This document shows positions 37,711 to 52,400 of a stretch of 64,000 nucleotides of DNA, one piece after another. The stretch's first letter is position 1; each line of letters begins with the position of its first letter. The stretch comes from Trichoplax adhaerens (taxonomy: Eukaryota; Animalia; Placozoa). The DNA lies in assembly GCF_000150275.1 (NCBI RefSeq), contig NW_002060943.1, forward strand, positions 11,904,878 to 11,968,877, read 5' to 3'. The position numbers and the translations under genes were made by a program. Below the pieces are notes generated by a model that saw only the letters and a program-made list of their open reading frames with translations, was not told the origin of the DNA and searched no databases.

Positions 37711-40250
37711 ATGTACTACTTCATCTATCGTAGCACCGGTAGTTCAGTTTATTCGGCAGTTACTGAAATACTGGAAAAATCTGGTTATTGGCAATGTAAA
37801 AATCCCGACAGCAGCAAATTCCATCTTGTATTTGGCGAAAGAAATAGACTGTCTTTTGCTCGATTGGGTAACCTAATTTAACAATTTTAAAATATACTCG
37901 TCAACTTTGACGAAATAGTACTGTTTAATTTGGATATTCTGCACGCTTATCTGCAATAAACGTAAATAACTGCAGTGTAAGCATCTATTTGCAAAAGTAA
38001 ATAAAAATTGAATCGCACTTCTTTCTTGTATAGGGTAGATACTTTCACTGTTCGTTGTGCCATATTTACGTACCATACTGTATAATGTGTATGTGTTATA
38101 TGCATAATTGTCGCCTTTAGGACATGAACCTGGCTTTACTCAGGCAGTAAATTATTTTAATGGAAATGATTCCATTTGCAAAAAGTCATCGCTTGTTTGG
38201 TAATTTAATTAACGATATATTACTTTAAGAATATCTTTGAAAGATAATGTGGAACTACAGTAACATACGAATATAAATAGCAAATACTACAACAGTACGA
38301 TAGTTGGCAGAGAAGATAAAGTACGCGTATGCAGTATCTTGAATAGCTTTTCATCACTTTGTTATTTATCAGTACATTGAAGGACTATGCTAAAAAGTGT
38401 GAGAGAAATTTCGATTGGATACTTCCAGCATATGTTGTTAACCCCGAAAAAATTCGGAAGGAAATTAAATTTCATTCTAAAAGGCTGAAGGAAAATCTCA
38501 AATCACCTTGGATGGAGTTTTATTTAGAGAAGCCAGTACGGGATTTCCGGGAAGACCTTCGGCGAGCTAGTGCAACTTTAGCCTCTGGAAATCAACGCAT
38601 CTGGATTGCTAAGCCCAACACTGGTTGTAAAGGTTGGTTAAGATAAATCCGAATTTGTAGTATGGATTTTGTAGTTACTGTGCTTACTCTGACATCTACA
38701 CTGCTTGAAGGTCTTGTTGATGTACTAGCCAATACATTTACCCTGACAATTGAACAGTTGATCGCTCTTTTCATATACAATACTACTATTGTTATATTAT
38801 ACGGTATAATTACTGCATTGAAACATACTGCGTTATATGTTATATATCAGGCTGCATAAAGGCTAAACTGGATTTTCTTGAAATATCGGTACTCTTACAC
38901 AATAGGTGAAGGCATTATGATTTCTGATGACATTGACCAGCTCATTCAATTTGTAGACAACAGTAATCAATCCCACGTTATCCAAAAATATGTAGAAAAT
39001 CCTATGTTATTAACTGGAGAGCGGAAGTTCGATATTCGGTAAATACTAAAATGCCTTGTAAGCAACTTTACAAATTGAAATTAAGTCGATGCAGATTAAT
39101 TTCTGCAAACCCTTGTGCATGTGCCTAAATGGAAATGAGCTTGTGCTGTACAATATTCAACAGGTGTTGGGTATTATTGGACCACAAATACGATATATAC
39201 CTATACAGAGAAGGAGTTGTAAGGACTGCATCGGATGCATATGATCCTAGCAATTTAGATAAAGTTACTAGCCATTTAACAAATCATTGTCTTCAGGTAT
39301 TTATTAATACGGTATAATTATTACAGTACTGGTTAATAAAATTAATGAATAGCCCAAGTTCTTTTACTAACAGCATTCAATTACGGCTATTCGATCTAAC
39401 ATATCATCTACGCGTATAGAATTAATATTATTTACTGTTAACAGCAACAGTTAGCCGATAAGTTTGGAGAATACGAAGAAGGTAACGAAATGTTTTACGA
39501 GGAGTTTAATAGGTAAGTTACGTGCATATGATAATGCTGATGATATGTACCTATGCAAATATGTTTGCAACAGTAATTATTACAAATTTTTCTTTTACAT
39601 AGATTTTTAGAAGCGAAATACAATCTAAGCCTTGAAAGTGATATTTTACCGCAAATTAGGCGTATTATAAAGGATTGTTTTGCTGCCGGAAAAGAGGTAT
39701 CATAACCTTGACATTTACGTAAGCCTATATACAGTAGTAAGAAATAATCTGGCTGTGAGTTTCCTTTCAATGTCTTGCTTTGTGCAGAATGTATACCCGT
39801 TTATTTGAACGGGAACTTTACTAGTGGTATAATTATGGTAAGGAGCGTCGGATGTAGACGCCCACATAAAGAATTAGATTATAACTAAAATTTGCACTTT
39901 GATTCTTTTAACTAGAAAATGGATGCCTCCGGATTGAGTTACAAAAGCTTTCAATTATTTGGTTTTGACTTTATCATAGATGATAAAGGTCATGTTTATT
40001 TATTGGAAATAAACGGTGCTCCTGCATGCGCTGAGTAAGTTAATGTAAAGTTTCATCGTTCTGATCTGCGACACTGTCCAAGGTATTGTAGCATTACTTA
40101 TTACTAGAATCACTTAGCTGCTATGCACTTATTATCCGTAGGAAACTGCAATCAGGATTAGTGCAATCATTAATTGAAACAGCCATTAATCCTCTATATC
40201 CACCTCCAGCATTGGCTGTGAACTCATTAAATTTATTTGATCTGATTTAA
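37711..40250 (+). CDS. TTL: Tubulin--tyrosine ligase (9 exons)
   Basis: [17 protein letters not shown]...[17 protein letters not shown]|[14 protein letters not shown] matches TTL proper (GERNRLPFGRLGHEPG); [68 protein letters not shown]. Confidence 0.96.
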
Positions 40251-41039
40251 TTTAAACATAATTACCGATTTAAGGCAGCATCTCTTTTTGATGGATAGAT
40301 ACAATCCGCTTTGCATAGTTAAGACTAATTTTAAATTTTACAGATGCGCTCGCCAACTTCCGAGTTTTGGTTGTGGCGTCGAATATGTCTAGAAAGGAAG
40401 GAAACAACCCTTCCTGCATATGATTTTGAGACACAGCCTTTACAGTTTCCTTAAAATAGAACACATATATATATAATTTTACCATCAGCCTGTCTAGACC
40501 TGCTACATTACATTAACCCTCAAAACTTCTTTCTAGCATCAGAGTAATTATATACCTGTATAAAAAATAGAATGATTTTGTAAACGCACAAGAATCAATA
40601 GTAATGACTATGCAACACGATAGTCAAGTTATTTCTTGTATTTCGATATACGTATGCATACAGTATGTACGTTAGCGTAAAACTCTTATAAAAATACGAA
40701 TGCACTGTACTGTATAATCGTACTATAATCTTTTTCATTGAAAGAGGAAACATTTTTAACTCTGGATAAACAGAATTAATAGTTGAGATTTAAGCTAATA
40801 ATACCTCGAGTAAAGTATAAAATTATTCGATAATTGTGATATAATTCGTATCAAATGCCAAGTGAAACAGTCGGCAACTTTACATTTTAAAATTTTTAAA
40901 GCCATCCACGTACAATAAAAGTTTACAATTAAAGTCTGAATATTCACATATTAAAGACAGAATGTCGTTTATTTGTACAGCAATTGTTTGACCAGTCCAT
41001 GATTAATCAATGCATCTGCCATGAATTATGCAAGCTGCA

Positions 41040-44000
41040 TTAATGCATCCAAGAGCTTGGAACCCATTGAGGAGCAGATGTTAAACTTTCTACAATACCT
41101 TGAACCTCCGCCACTAATTTGACCATATCATTGTTGACTAATAGGACGTCAAAATATTGCTTGTACTTCGATTCCATTTCGTACGATTCACTAACCATGG
41201 CTCGAACGGCGTCGTTCTAATTAAATATAATGGGAATATTTAATTACTCTATAGCTTGGTATGCCGCATAATAAAAACACTATTGAAAGCGTCTAGAGAC
41301 TACTAAGAACCTTCATTTTGACGCTAAAATTGATACAGTCGTAGTTCCCTCTCGAAGTCTTTCCAATTTCATTAATAAATGGTGCTCTAATAAATATGAC
41401 GAATGGCCTAAGTTCAGCGCCCTTGATTTGCGGTAAGATCTGTTTAAGTAAAAATATTTCAAAATTAGGTAAGGCAAAGTTTATCTTGCCATTACATCAT
41501 TATCGTTTGATCTTACATCTGGTTCAGGGATTAGTAGGCATGATTTACTCGTAAACATAAGTTTTTTGACAGCTTCCTTGTCTACACCATAAAGCTGCCC
41601 ATTTGATTCCCGATACTCTAACATCTCTTGATTTGCTTTCTTCCTTTCAAAAACGTCTCGAGTCATAAAATGAAAGTCCACTCCGTTAACTTCGTTAGGT
41701 CGAGGAGTGCGTGTTGTACCTTGGAAAAATAAATAGGTCAAACATACTCATACAATGACTTAATCATGCTACGTTGAATTTCCAAAATATTACAATTACA
41801 TTCAATGGCAGCGGCGAATCTCTCCGGCTGTCCTCTAAGTAAGCGGTGTTTTAATTCATTTCTCCCAATGTATTTTGCACCTACGAACATTTGAGTGCAA
41901 ATTCGACAATTCTTAGAGATACGAAGGACACCTGCGAAGGGTGCAAATAAAACATAAACTTACCAATCAGTACTATTGGTCTAGTTCTATTAAATGTCGG
42001 CGGCATTTCCCGTACTGGTTCATATGCAGGCATCATCATAGCATCGGCATCTGTAATATATTTAGTTAGTTTATTCTACGAGGAAAATGTCAACGCTGAC
42101 TTTTAATATTGCTGGTTTGTGCTTCAATCTAACCGGAGTTGCTTTTCGGCGACGGTTCATTGCTCTTCTTCTTTTTAGATTTTCCGGATATTTTCAACCA
42201 TTTTTCTTGGATAATTATATCGATAATTTATCAATGGATTTTTAGCGATATTAAATATCGATGATCAGCGATCAACAAGAAATTTACAAACTTGCATTTT
42301 TTATTAGGCAACTCAATATTTAATTATTACATACTACTTTTGTTAGAAGCGCCTTTGGATGACACGTTAGACTCTTCAGTATTAGAAGTTCCATTGGACA
42401 ATAATTGACGCCTGCAAATAATAGATCAGAAAATTAGCTAGACAATAACGATACAATTTCAAAACAATATGTTCATCTAGCTATTGAAATTTAAGGTAAT
42501 AAACAAATGATTATCGGGTAGTATTTTAAACAAGAACTCTTATTGATTCGAATATTTGGCAATATACGATCTAAAGCCTGAAGATTACTTACTGTTCCAT
42601 TAAATGCCTCGATGGAATTATTCCACTCGATGACTTATTATTCACATTCCGTTGACTACTGAAAATCAGCTGAGCCTACAATCCACCACAAACAAATTAC
42701 GACTAAGACAGTATAAAGTGATATGTTCCTCTGTATCGTTTAATAGATAGCTATAATTTATTGGTAACTGAAAGTGTATCGATAGTAAATTCTATTGAAT
42801 TGTAAATAGCAGCGAGTAATGTTACCTGCCACCAATTTTTGTCTTCCTGTGGAGTGATGCGCAAAATATCTCCATATTGAAATTTTAAACCTAACTCTCG
42901 ATAGGGATTAAATTGGTCTTCTATGGGATTATATTCGCAAAATGCCTTCACATAAACCTATCCGATGGCGATAATTTTAAATGATAATTATATAGTTAAC
43001 TAGCAACTAAAGAAGCAACATATTCTTACAACAATGATATAGGAAATTCTAAATATGAAAATACCAACATGTAAATCTTACATGTGAGTCTTTAACTGCG
43101 GTTTTTGTGTTATCGCCAGGCAAGGTTAAAAATGCCACTATATCTGTTTGTTTTTCCTGAAATTTCGATTACGTTAAATTTTAGCAAGAACCATGGTAAG
43201 AACAAAGTTAAATTATATTAATTATTAATTTGCCTTATTTAGATATTTTCTTCTAAGTACCATACGTATGATTTAACACATTTCAATTATTTAGAAGCAA
43301 CATATCAGTAAGCGAAGAATCAGTGATATTTTTATAGTATAAAATCATGGCTTATGGATAGTACGAGGTAAACTTACCACAAGTTCTACTATCTCGGCCA
43401 CTGTCATTCCAACAACGCTAGTGCCGTTTATTTCAACTATTTCATCACCTTCAGATAGTTGCCCTAACAAAAATATATAATTAATTTAGATTCGTGGTTA
43501 TAAATAGATTTTAATGAATGAGAATTTCGTACAATCAAATCTAAATTTCTTCGTGCATAATAATTATCATAGTCTAATACCTGATCTATCAGCGGCTCCT
43601 TGTCTAGCTATGCGATTAATAAGAACTTTATCGCCGAAGCGGCGAATTGTTGCTCCCTAGCCAGTTTTAAAATTTACTTAGTAAAAGTCAAAGACTTGCA
43701 GAGTAATCATAGTTGCATCGGTAACAATTTAACCCACCAGAGGAAATGCTGCCTTGTGAATCTCCACTAATCTATAACAATAGTCGTCATTCTTTACTGA
43801 CACAAGATGTCCATTTGCTACAGAATCCTTGGATGCAACTTCGTCATGACAATACATCAAACTCTAATAATTTTAGACATGTAGAATATTCTCTTAATTA
43901 AACAAGCATAAATTAAGAGTCATCTAAAACAGATAGTACTCTATATTAAATAATCTTACAGTCACATTAGGTAGTGTCAATATGTTCTTGAGATGAGCTG

Positions 44001-46290
44001 ACAAAGTCCCACCTTCTTCATTAATATCACTTATTACCTGGGTTATAAAATTGTGGGTAGCAATATTTGCGATATAGCTTAGTTCGATAAAGTAAGAATA
44101 TTGGATAGCAATATAATTAACAAGAATTTCACTATCATTCGCCTGACCATTTGAGCAAGATCTCGAGCATTTCTGCACACTGCAGTGTCAGCTGTCAAAT
44201 TGCAACGATTCGATATTGCAAAATGTGCCTTATAAAAATAAAGATTTAAGGATGAAATTAAACGCGACTACCTTATTATTTTAATCGGTCAAAATTAAAC
44301 TATACTATACTAGTACTGTATACAGTATATCTCTCGAATCATTCCTACTGTCGTCAAATCTATACCTTTGCGGCTATTTTAAAATTTTTATGTTGGCAAA
44401 AGCTATAGAGAAATTTTAAATCTTGTTTATCTCTTTCATCGGTTACAGTCCGCTTTAAATGTTCCAGAATTTCACTAAGATCGCCTAGTAAGACTAAATT
44501 TTTACAATAAAATCGGTTACTAGGTCTCAGTAGCTTTTGAAAGCACCATAAGCAGTATTAATTATCAAACACAATTGAAATCTTACTAGACTGATTTTTG
44601 GTGTCATTTTCTGGCTCTAAGTTCGTACCATCACGAATATCTGCATTGGTATGGCCAAAATCTACGCAAAATGTGTACATGTACGCGCACACATAATAAG
44701 CACACTCGAATCAGTTCTCTACGTATACTTCGCAGGCTTTACTTGCAACTCCATGCAGCAGCTGATAAGGGCTTCTTACCTTCATCAAACCCATCAAAAT
44801 TTTGAGCATTATCTGAATTTTCGTAGCGACGATTGTCAACATTCCGATGGTCGAATTGATTTAAGAATTCCTGATCCTGCTGATAAACACCGCGTTGAGG
44901 TTCCTGGTCGGATCTAAATAGATACAGTTATTAAAAATCCTGTCATTAGCGTGAAGGCTAACCACATGCTTTCAAAAACAAATCTTAAGATACGCAATTG
45001 GAAACGTCGCGGTTAATTGTATCTTTGCAAAATATATATTACTATGTACTAAATGAGTGATACTCTTTGTAGCATTGCAGTGACAGCTTGTATAATATTC
45101 ACGAACATTAAATTTCGTCTGTCATAATTGCCATTAGCAGTCGGGGTCTGACTGACATTAACATTTTGTTCACGAGTCTTGGGACGTCTTGGAGGTGGAG
45201 GAGGTGGAGCTGTTTGTGGTTTAGAAACTTCTGTTCAGGTCAATATACAGTATATATAATTGAAGAAAAACAAGTTAGTTCCTCCTACAGCAAACGCATT
45301 CTTAAGACACAGAAATAACTGACTATAACTTTATCACTATCTTCAAATGCTTATTCTTAGAGTACAGTTTTAGATGTCACCTTTAAAGCAAAATCCAACA
45401 ATTTTTTAACTGTCGTAGCAGCAGTAACTTGTTTAACTTACCGTCAATTCTTTTCACCGTCAGTCTGACATACCGCATTTTCGCACCCTAAAATATATAT
45501 AATCGTATGTATAAAACCGATAAACTTGATATCTGTTCACATTAAATAGACTATGTGATAACTTTACTTTTTGAACCATTGCCACAATTTCACTAAATGT
45601 CGCGTTTGCTACTGTATTTCCATTTATGGCTAATAGTTCATCACCACTTTTTAGTTTAGCTCGAATTGCGGGAGAATCTAAAATAAAATGACCAATAACT
45701 TTAATTATCAATCCACAATTTAATGAGTGGCCAGGAAGACAAACTATATCGATGCTTAAACTACTTTTGTAAATAATATGATAATATTAAATTATCATTA
45801 ATCATTTTTGTTAATGATGGGATGGAATAGGACCATGGGCTTTAACATTTCTAAAAGTAGCCGTCGTATATCATTGACAGATTCTCAAGAGTGGCCAAAT
45901 CTATACTCTAAAGTAACAATTATAAGTTAAAGCCACGCCGCAACAAAGTCATTACCATTTGCAACTTTGCCAATTCTGGGAATTGCTCCTTTATCTATTC
46001 CGCCAGTAACAGAAAAGCCGAATCTTTCCTCATCAGCCACCAAGCTAATCAGTATGTCAAACTCTTTAAAGTTGGCTGTTGGCTAAAACATTATGATCAT
46101 CATAAGGCTTTATCAGTATAAATTGTAAGATTCAGCGATAAATGTTGCAACAAATGTTGATTGGTGGAATGCATACACACAAACTCGTTTAGATAGGATA
46201 TATTTTCATTAAAATGTTCCAAGTTAAGATAGTTCACAAACAATTAAGAACAAAGTTTACAAAGTTTTCGTTAAAGAGCCATCTTACCAT
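41040..46290 (-). CDS. MPP5: MAGUK p55-family scaffold, PALS1/Stardust-like, with architecture PDZ-L27-L27-PDZ-SH3-GK
   Basis: PDZ [42 protein letters not shown]; SH3 VYVKAFCEYNP..RELGLKFQYGDILRITPQEDKNWWQ; GK TTRTPRPNEVNGVDFHF...PQWVPSSWMH*; L27 helices ending SLMYCHDEVA; N-terminal PDZ ERFGFSVTGG...LKSGDELLAING. MPP5 versus MPP7 assignment is judged by eye. Confidence 0.8.
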
Positions 46291-48624
46291 GTTTAAGTCG
46301 GCTTGCTAAAGAATTACGGAAGCGATTAATGATCGAAACACTGGTTACGGATCTGCAATGACAAAAATCAATTTTTTAATCTCGAAAGAATTTACTTATG
46401 AGTACATGTTTCGATTTAATACAGAATATAAGGTAACGGTAAACATTGTTATTATTCACAATGTTAATGTCAGATTATAGAGTGTTTTGTACTTGGAATT
46501 AATTCATCATTACCATGGGATATCAATTTTTATCCGTGCATTTATTAAGCGGCGGTTACTGTATTAAATTTAGGGCCGATTAAATCTACTAACAATTTGT
46601 AAAATCGCCAAGTTGTTCATTCTCGTCGGCAAAATAAAATTTGTATTGTATTGCTGTACAACACAATTTATCCATTTACGCTTTTTATTAGGGTTGTTCA
46701 TCATGCAATATTTGAATCGTTGCTATTATTCAATACTGGTATTAATAGAATGTAAAATAAAGTATGGTATTATTAATTTGGCTTTGATACGCCATAACGA
46801 ATTAGCTGAGTTGAATTCCCACCGTTTAAAGTATTCTCTAGTCGGATGCCACCGAATTATGGAGAACACGCCAACAAGTAAAATATATTATCGAAAGTGA
46901 TCAAAGCAAGATACAAATACTAATATGTTTACGTAGTACTGTAGAGTAATTATTTTCACAATGCGATTAATCGTAATCTCATAATGTCTGATTTTAAGAT
47001 GTGCGTTAGTTGCTGTAGTAACCTAAATGAGGTATTGAATGAATCAGGTGCTGTAGAGTGTATAAGATGTCAATGCAAACATAAAGCAGTCCAGTACACT
47101 GACAATCGCTGAACTTTGTATAATTATATACGAGTAATCGGTATATTTTACACCTACAGTTTACTCATATACATCACGGTTACTGAGTGCAAAGTCTGCA
47201 ACATGTCGGATCCTCTTACGTATTATTTTGTTGGCAAATAGTTCTATGCACAACTTGATGAATTGTGGTCGACATCATCATAGATTGTACTGTAAACGAC
47301 TATTCAAGCCAAATCACCTATCCCCAGCGCTGATATCTCTTTTATAGAGAGCAATTGGTTACTAGTCGTTAACGATAGGAATAATCGATCTCATAAGCCA
47401 ACATTGTCGATGTCCCGGTCTTTACAAGTTGAAACACCTTGGAACTCGTAGCTGAAGTTGTGAATTGAATCAATGGTGTAATGTTACCGTTATTGATGGC
47501 CCATTGTTAATCCTCTTTCAAGCAAGCGTCTCTGTAATTATAACCTTAGAACTGTACACTTCGATTTAACAGAATAAGAATAATAAGAGAAAATCATGGG
47601 TTAGATGTCCAGTTGTACGCGTAACTGATTATGCCACAGGATAATATATATCTAATGTTAACGTAGATTGTGTACACTAGAACCTACGATGCATTTGTCA
47701 AGTGTCAAATGGAAATGTATTAGATGTATAATCCTCGGTAAATGCGGCAAATGGAATTCTATGTTTTAGTATAAAAACAACCAAAGTATAATAAAATTGA
47801 TAGAAGAACTGCGTAGAAAGATAATTCATACCGTATGTAAGTAAAACTTGTATTTTACATTAGCAAATAGCGACTTGTATCATCTTGAATTGCAGTGAAG
47901 TCGATCAGGAGGAACGCGTAACTTACTGTATTAGGGCGTTGACTACGGTTGATGATTTGTCATTTAATCCGTTGGATCGGTCATCAATAGTATTTTACAA
48001 GCATTGTAATTGAATAATCGATGCTATTCTATGGTTTGCTTTTTAATGTCGCATGATAAAGTACAGTACTTCATCACTTCTCTAACAATTAATAAAATAT
48101 CAAGTTTACATTACAGTGTACAATGACGGTTATTAGCTTTTGATCTTGTAGGTTAGAGACTTTAGCGGAGAGAGAGAGACTAGTTTAATTCCTGTCGATT
48201 CGGGTATGCTTAGCCTTGAATGAGTCACCGACTGTTGATCGTTAAGTATAGTATGAAGAAAAGAAAACTACACTCAACAGAAAGATAAAAAATCCAATGA
48301 TGATACCGTTTGATGATGTTGATTCTGCTTCTTGACACTTGGCAATTCCACGTTCCGCTTTTAGCTTAATTTTTTCTTTCTTTTTATGATTTGCGGTAAC
48401 GCACGTACGCGTTGATTGATGTTGACCACTTGGCTATGCCTGTATCGTTTGAGCAAGGGCTTTTGAAGAGAGTCTTGAACTTGGCATACAATAAATCTTG
48501 AGAGTCTTCAATCCAAACTCCAAACGTTCATTGAATGGCGAGTAAGTCAGGTTGAATATTGGGGCATCCTTGAAAAAAGAATCCAATCAAGTCAAATCAA
48601 AGCAGTTAATCTTGAATCTCCAAC

Positions 48625-49420
48625 TGTACAGTAAACGTTTCCACCCGTAAAGAAACTGAAATGGGCGTAAGTTTACATTGTACAGTACAGCTACAAGGAT
48701 GTTGCAGTCTGTAGAGTAGATCATCCAGTCAGTGTCGAGTAACTACCGTGTTATTAGGGAGATAGACTAGTGACTACAGTAAACAGAGGCTGACAGCAGT
48801 AAATCAAAGTAAAAACCAGTCAAAATCATGATACTGTAACACCGCTGGCAACCGTTACAACCACATTGCTGTACAGTATGGACTGTGCACAGTGTACTGT
48901 ACCAGAATAGTTGTACTGTACACTGTAAAATGTACAGTACTGTACAGTACAGTGTACAGTACTGTACACCGTGTGAAAAGATACTGTAGTCCACTTGATT
49001 GTTATTATTATTTATTTATTATTATTTATTATGCTGATGATGATGACGATGATCATTTTGTTATTTTTAGTACTGTATTATGCTGTTGAACGCTTTTCTT
49101 TGCCAGCTTCTTGCCCACGTGACAATGCTATTAGCATCGTTTTTCAAACCTATAGTACGCTAACTACAGTACTGTACACTGTACTGTACAGTACGGGCAG
49201 GATCATGGTTGGACATAGGACGATGATTTTGCAGCATGACACTATACTGAGTATTGTACAGACTACAGACGCTACATCGGAATGTGTGGACTTTTTGACG
49301 GCTACTGCATGCTGCGCATCGACAAACGCGTAGTCAAGTAAAGTAAATTCAAAGATTACAATTGGATCTCATTTTCGATACTGATATTGTACATAACAAG
49401 CGCAATCCCGTCTGTCTGTT
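48625..49420. promoter_or_regulatory. Large TACAG/CTGTA island, probable divergent MPP5/TTBK promoter
   Basis: TGTACAGTACTGTACAGTACAGTGTACAGTACTGTACAC and similar runs; CCGTCTGTCTGT motif at 49408-49419; lies between the two 5' ends. Confidence 0.5.
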
Positions 49421-52400
49421 TGGATTCGCTAATTAATTAGCGACACCAAAAGTGAACAGCTGTCTTGGCTATCTTTATACAAGTACCTTAGTACGAACAG
49501 TGGCCACGGTTAAGCTTTGATCGTCAACATGCCCATGTATTTACACATAGACTTAGTATGAAAGGCTTATACTTTTGCCATTTGTCAATGTTTATACTGT
49601 ACGATTGAAGTAATGAACTGCTTTTGACTAAGATTAAGTAGAGTCGTATTTGAAATATCAAAGATGAATTGTCATTGTGTGCTATTACACAGCTATGGAC
49701 TGTTTTTGTGTGAGACTTGGGATAGTACTAGTCTCAATAAAGACGATCGAGTGCATGCAGTACTTGTCCGACATTTGTAAACGCTCACAGCCTTCGTTCA
49801 CTACTGTAGTGCTTAGCTCAATCAGTGAAATGATTTAGAAATTGATTGGTGATCGATCTCGTAGCATTCGTTAGTCGTTTATATAGCAATCATAGTTGTA
49901 ATAACAACGTTCAGTACCATTAGTCAACAAATAACTTACGTATGATACTTAAACAAATAACACTTCCTGCTATGCCACTCCACAGTTTGTATGCTACAGT
50001 GTTGGATAAATTGGCAAACGATGAAAATATTCGCTGTGACGGCTAAATTTTTCATCACCCTAGATCGATGCAGCCTGTTCATTACTTCTTTCAAATGCTA
50101 CTTATAAATAATTATAATTAATTAACCCTAGCTCCTTCATAGCTTCAATTAATGTACTTTATGAGTGATCGAGGATGAATCGACTTATGAGAAATATGAC
50201 GCTGACCTAATGCACAATAGTATAATTGTATAGTATAACTATGGTATTTAACTGAAATTAATATAAGGCTCCTTGATTTCTCTAAATCCACTGCATTCTG
50301 TATGCCACTACGAAGTAAAGAGTCTTATTTCATTGCCATGTATTCTTTATTTAATACGTTGCCATGATATGGCATTTTCTAATAATTTTACAATTTTGTT
50401 TTTCTACCAAGTAGATCGTTTAACCAACTTTTTTAAGTGCTTGCATTAAAATTTCTGTTGAAATGTTATCAATGAATATGGTATTACAGAGCTATCACGA
50501 AACAGTACAAACTACTCTTGAAGTAACCCGGTATATACAGTATTTCACCCGGTGATGCACAGTACGCATTCATTCGCTTATTATTATTATTATTATCTAA
50601 TTTGAGCCGGGTTGAAATATCAGAAGCCAACAACAACAACATTGAAATTATTTCTAAAAGTGTACCTTTACATATGCGTAAACTGTAGTTTAATAACAAA
50701 CGAACATTTTTCTTGTTTTTACTATACTGTACGTTATGCTTATAATTATGGCTGTACGTATTTCTCGGAGTCGTACTGTATTTATATAGAATAATGTGGT
50801 ATCTCCTTAACGATATATCACGATAACAATCAAAAATATGAAAATCTGTAAATCAACTCGAAATTTAAAATATTAGCTCGAGTTAGACTACAATTGATAA
50901 ATTAATATAGCTATATATTTCACATATAATAAGACATACCAAAATTTTAAAGATTTTAAGAGTGAATAAGATTTGCAATAAAAATCCATCAAACCCTAAA
51001 GATGCCTTAGTAAACCCAGTTGATAGCACTAATTTGTCTGCTTTGAAATAAAGCCACTATGCAACCCACTCTGTATCGTTATATAAACCTGGCAATCTTT
51101 ACAGCACTTTATACAAGTATACATTCCAGAGTTTTTCTTACAAGTTTCTTACAATTCTTAAATACATACGCTGAATTATTATACAAGTACGCGAAATATT
51201 ATCGGTACGAGCAAGTTGTTAATGATCGTATGGTATTTATTAAATGAGATTAATTCTAGTTTACCTTAAACGATATTTCTTAAATATTTCATAGATCGCT
51301 TTTCATACTAGTATGCAACTGTACATCTTTATATTACTACAACTTTGCAGGCAATTGAAATGTGCCATTGGAACCTATTGTATTCGGCATGCTTTATGAG
51401 AATAATATACAATAGTAGAATTTGATAAATAAAATTGTAACCAGAATACGCTAAAATCAAAAACAAATATTCTGTATGACATATTTATCGTTACAATTTG
51501 CAATTTGAAGAATAAATTACCCAAACACCTATAGGAGAGTCAAGAAATAACTTAACCTCGCCTCAACTATTACTTTTCTTGATGTTCAATAAATAAGTTA
51601 AAATCACATTATTAACTAACAAAAAGTTAGGTATTCAATCCGCTGTATCGATACTGTACGTTGATAATTAATTAATTCGTATACTAGTCATTTGATGTTA
51701 GGAATTGAAGGGAATATGAGTAAAATATGTAATAGCCCTACCTCACATGCTAAAGATTACTATAGTGCCTAGAAAGTTACTATCAAATTCCCTCATATTC
51801 ACTATATAAAATCAGTTCCGGGTGTACTTCCACCGAATGTTTAGCAGGCGAACAGAAATATGGACTTTTGTCTTTCACAGAATGAAATCGAATTTGCCGT
51901 CTATTTAATAGTTCAACACTTTGACTTCTGGTAATGATACGATCCTGTATATGGTGCTTATTTCAAACTGTAATTATGCAAAGAGTAACGAAATTAAAGA
52001 GGACAAAATATACACATATATACTAGTACACAAGAAATAATTAAGTCTCCATTTGTCATTGGTCTACTGCAAGCATGCGTTAAAGATAAGCTACCTACAG
52101 CAAAGACTCAAGGTCGCCGGAAATTTTAAAATATGAAAATTTAGCAATCATCTTCTTAAACTTGATTTCGTATTAGCATTCTTGCTAGTTTGCACGTATA
52201 GTACTTTATATTTATTTAACTTTTGCAATAATTCATTTACAGTAAGTAAAATAAAAATTAATCATCAATATTTTCGGAATTGGTCCTTTTGGAAATATTC
52301 CATATTATTCTCATGCCATCCATTAATCGACTATATTTTCAGATCTGCTATCTGTACTGGATTCGTCAAAATTGTTTCTTAATTAACGCATAAATATCTC

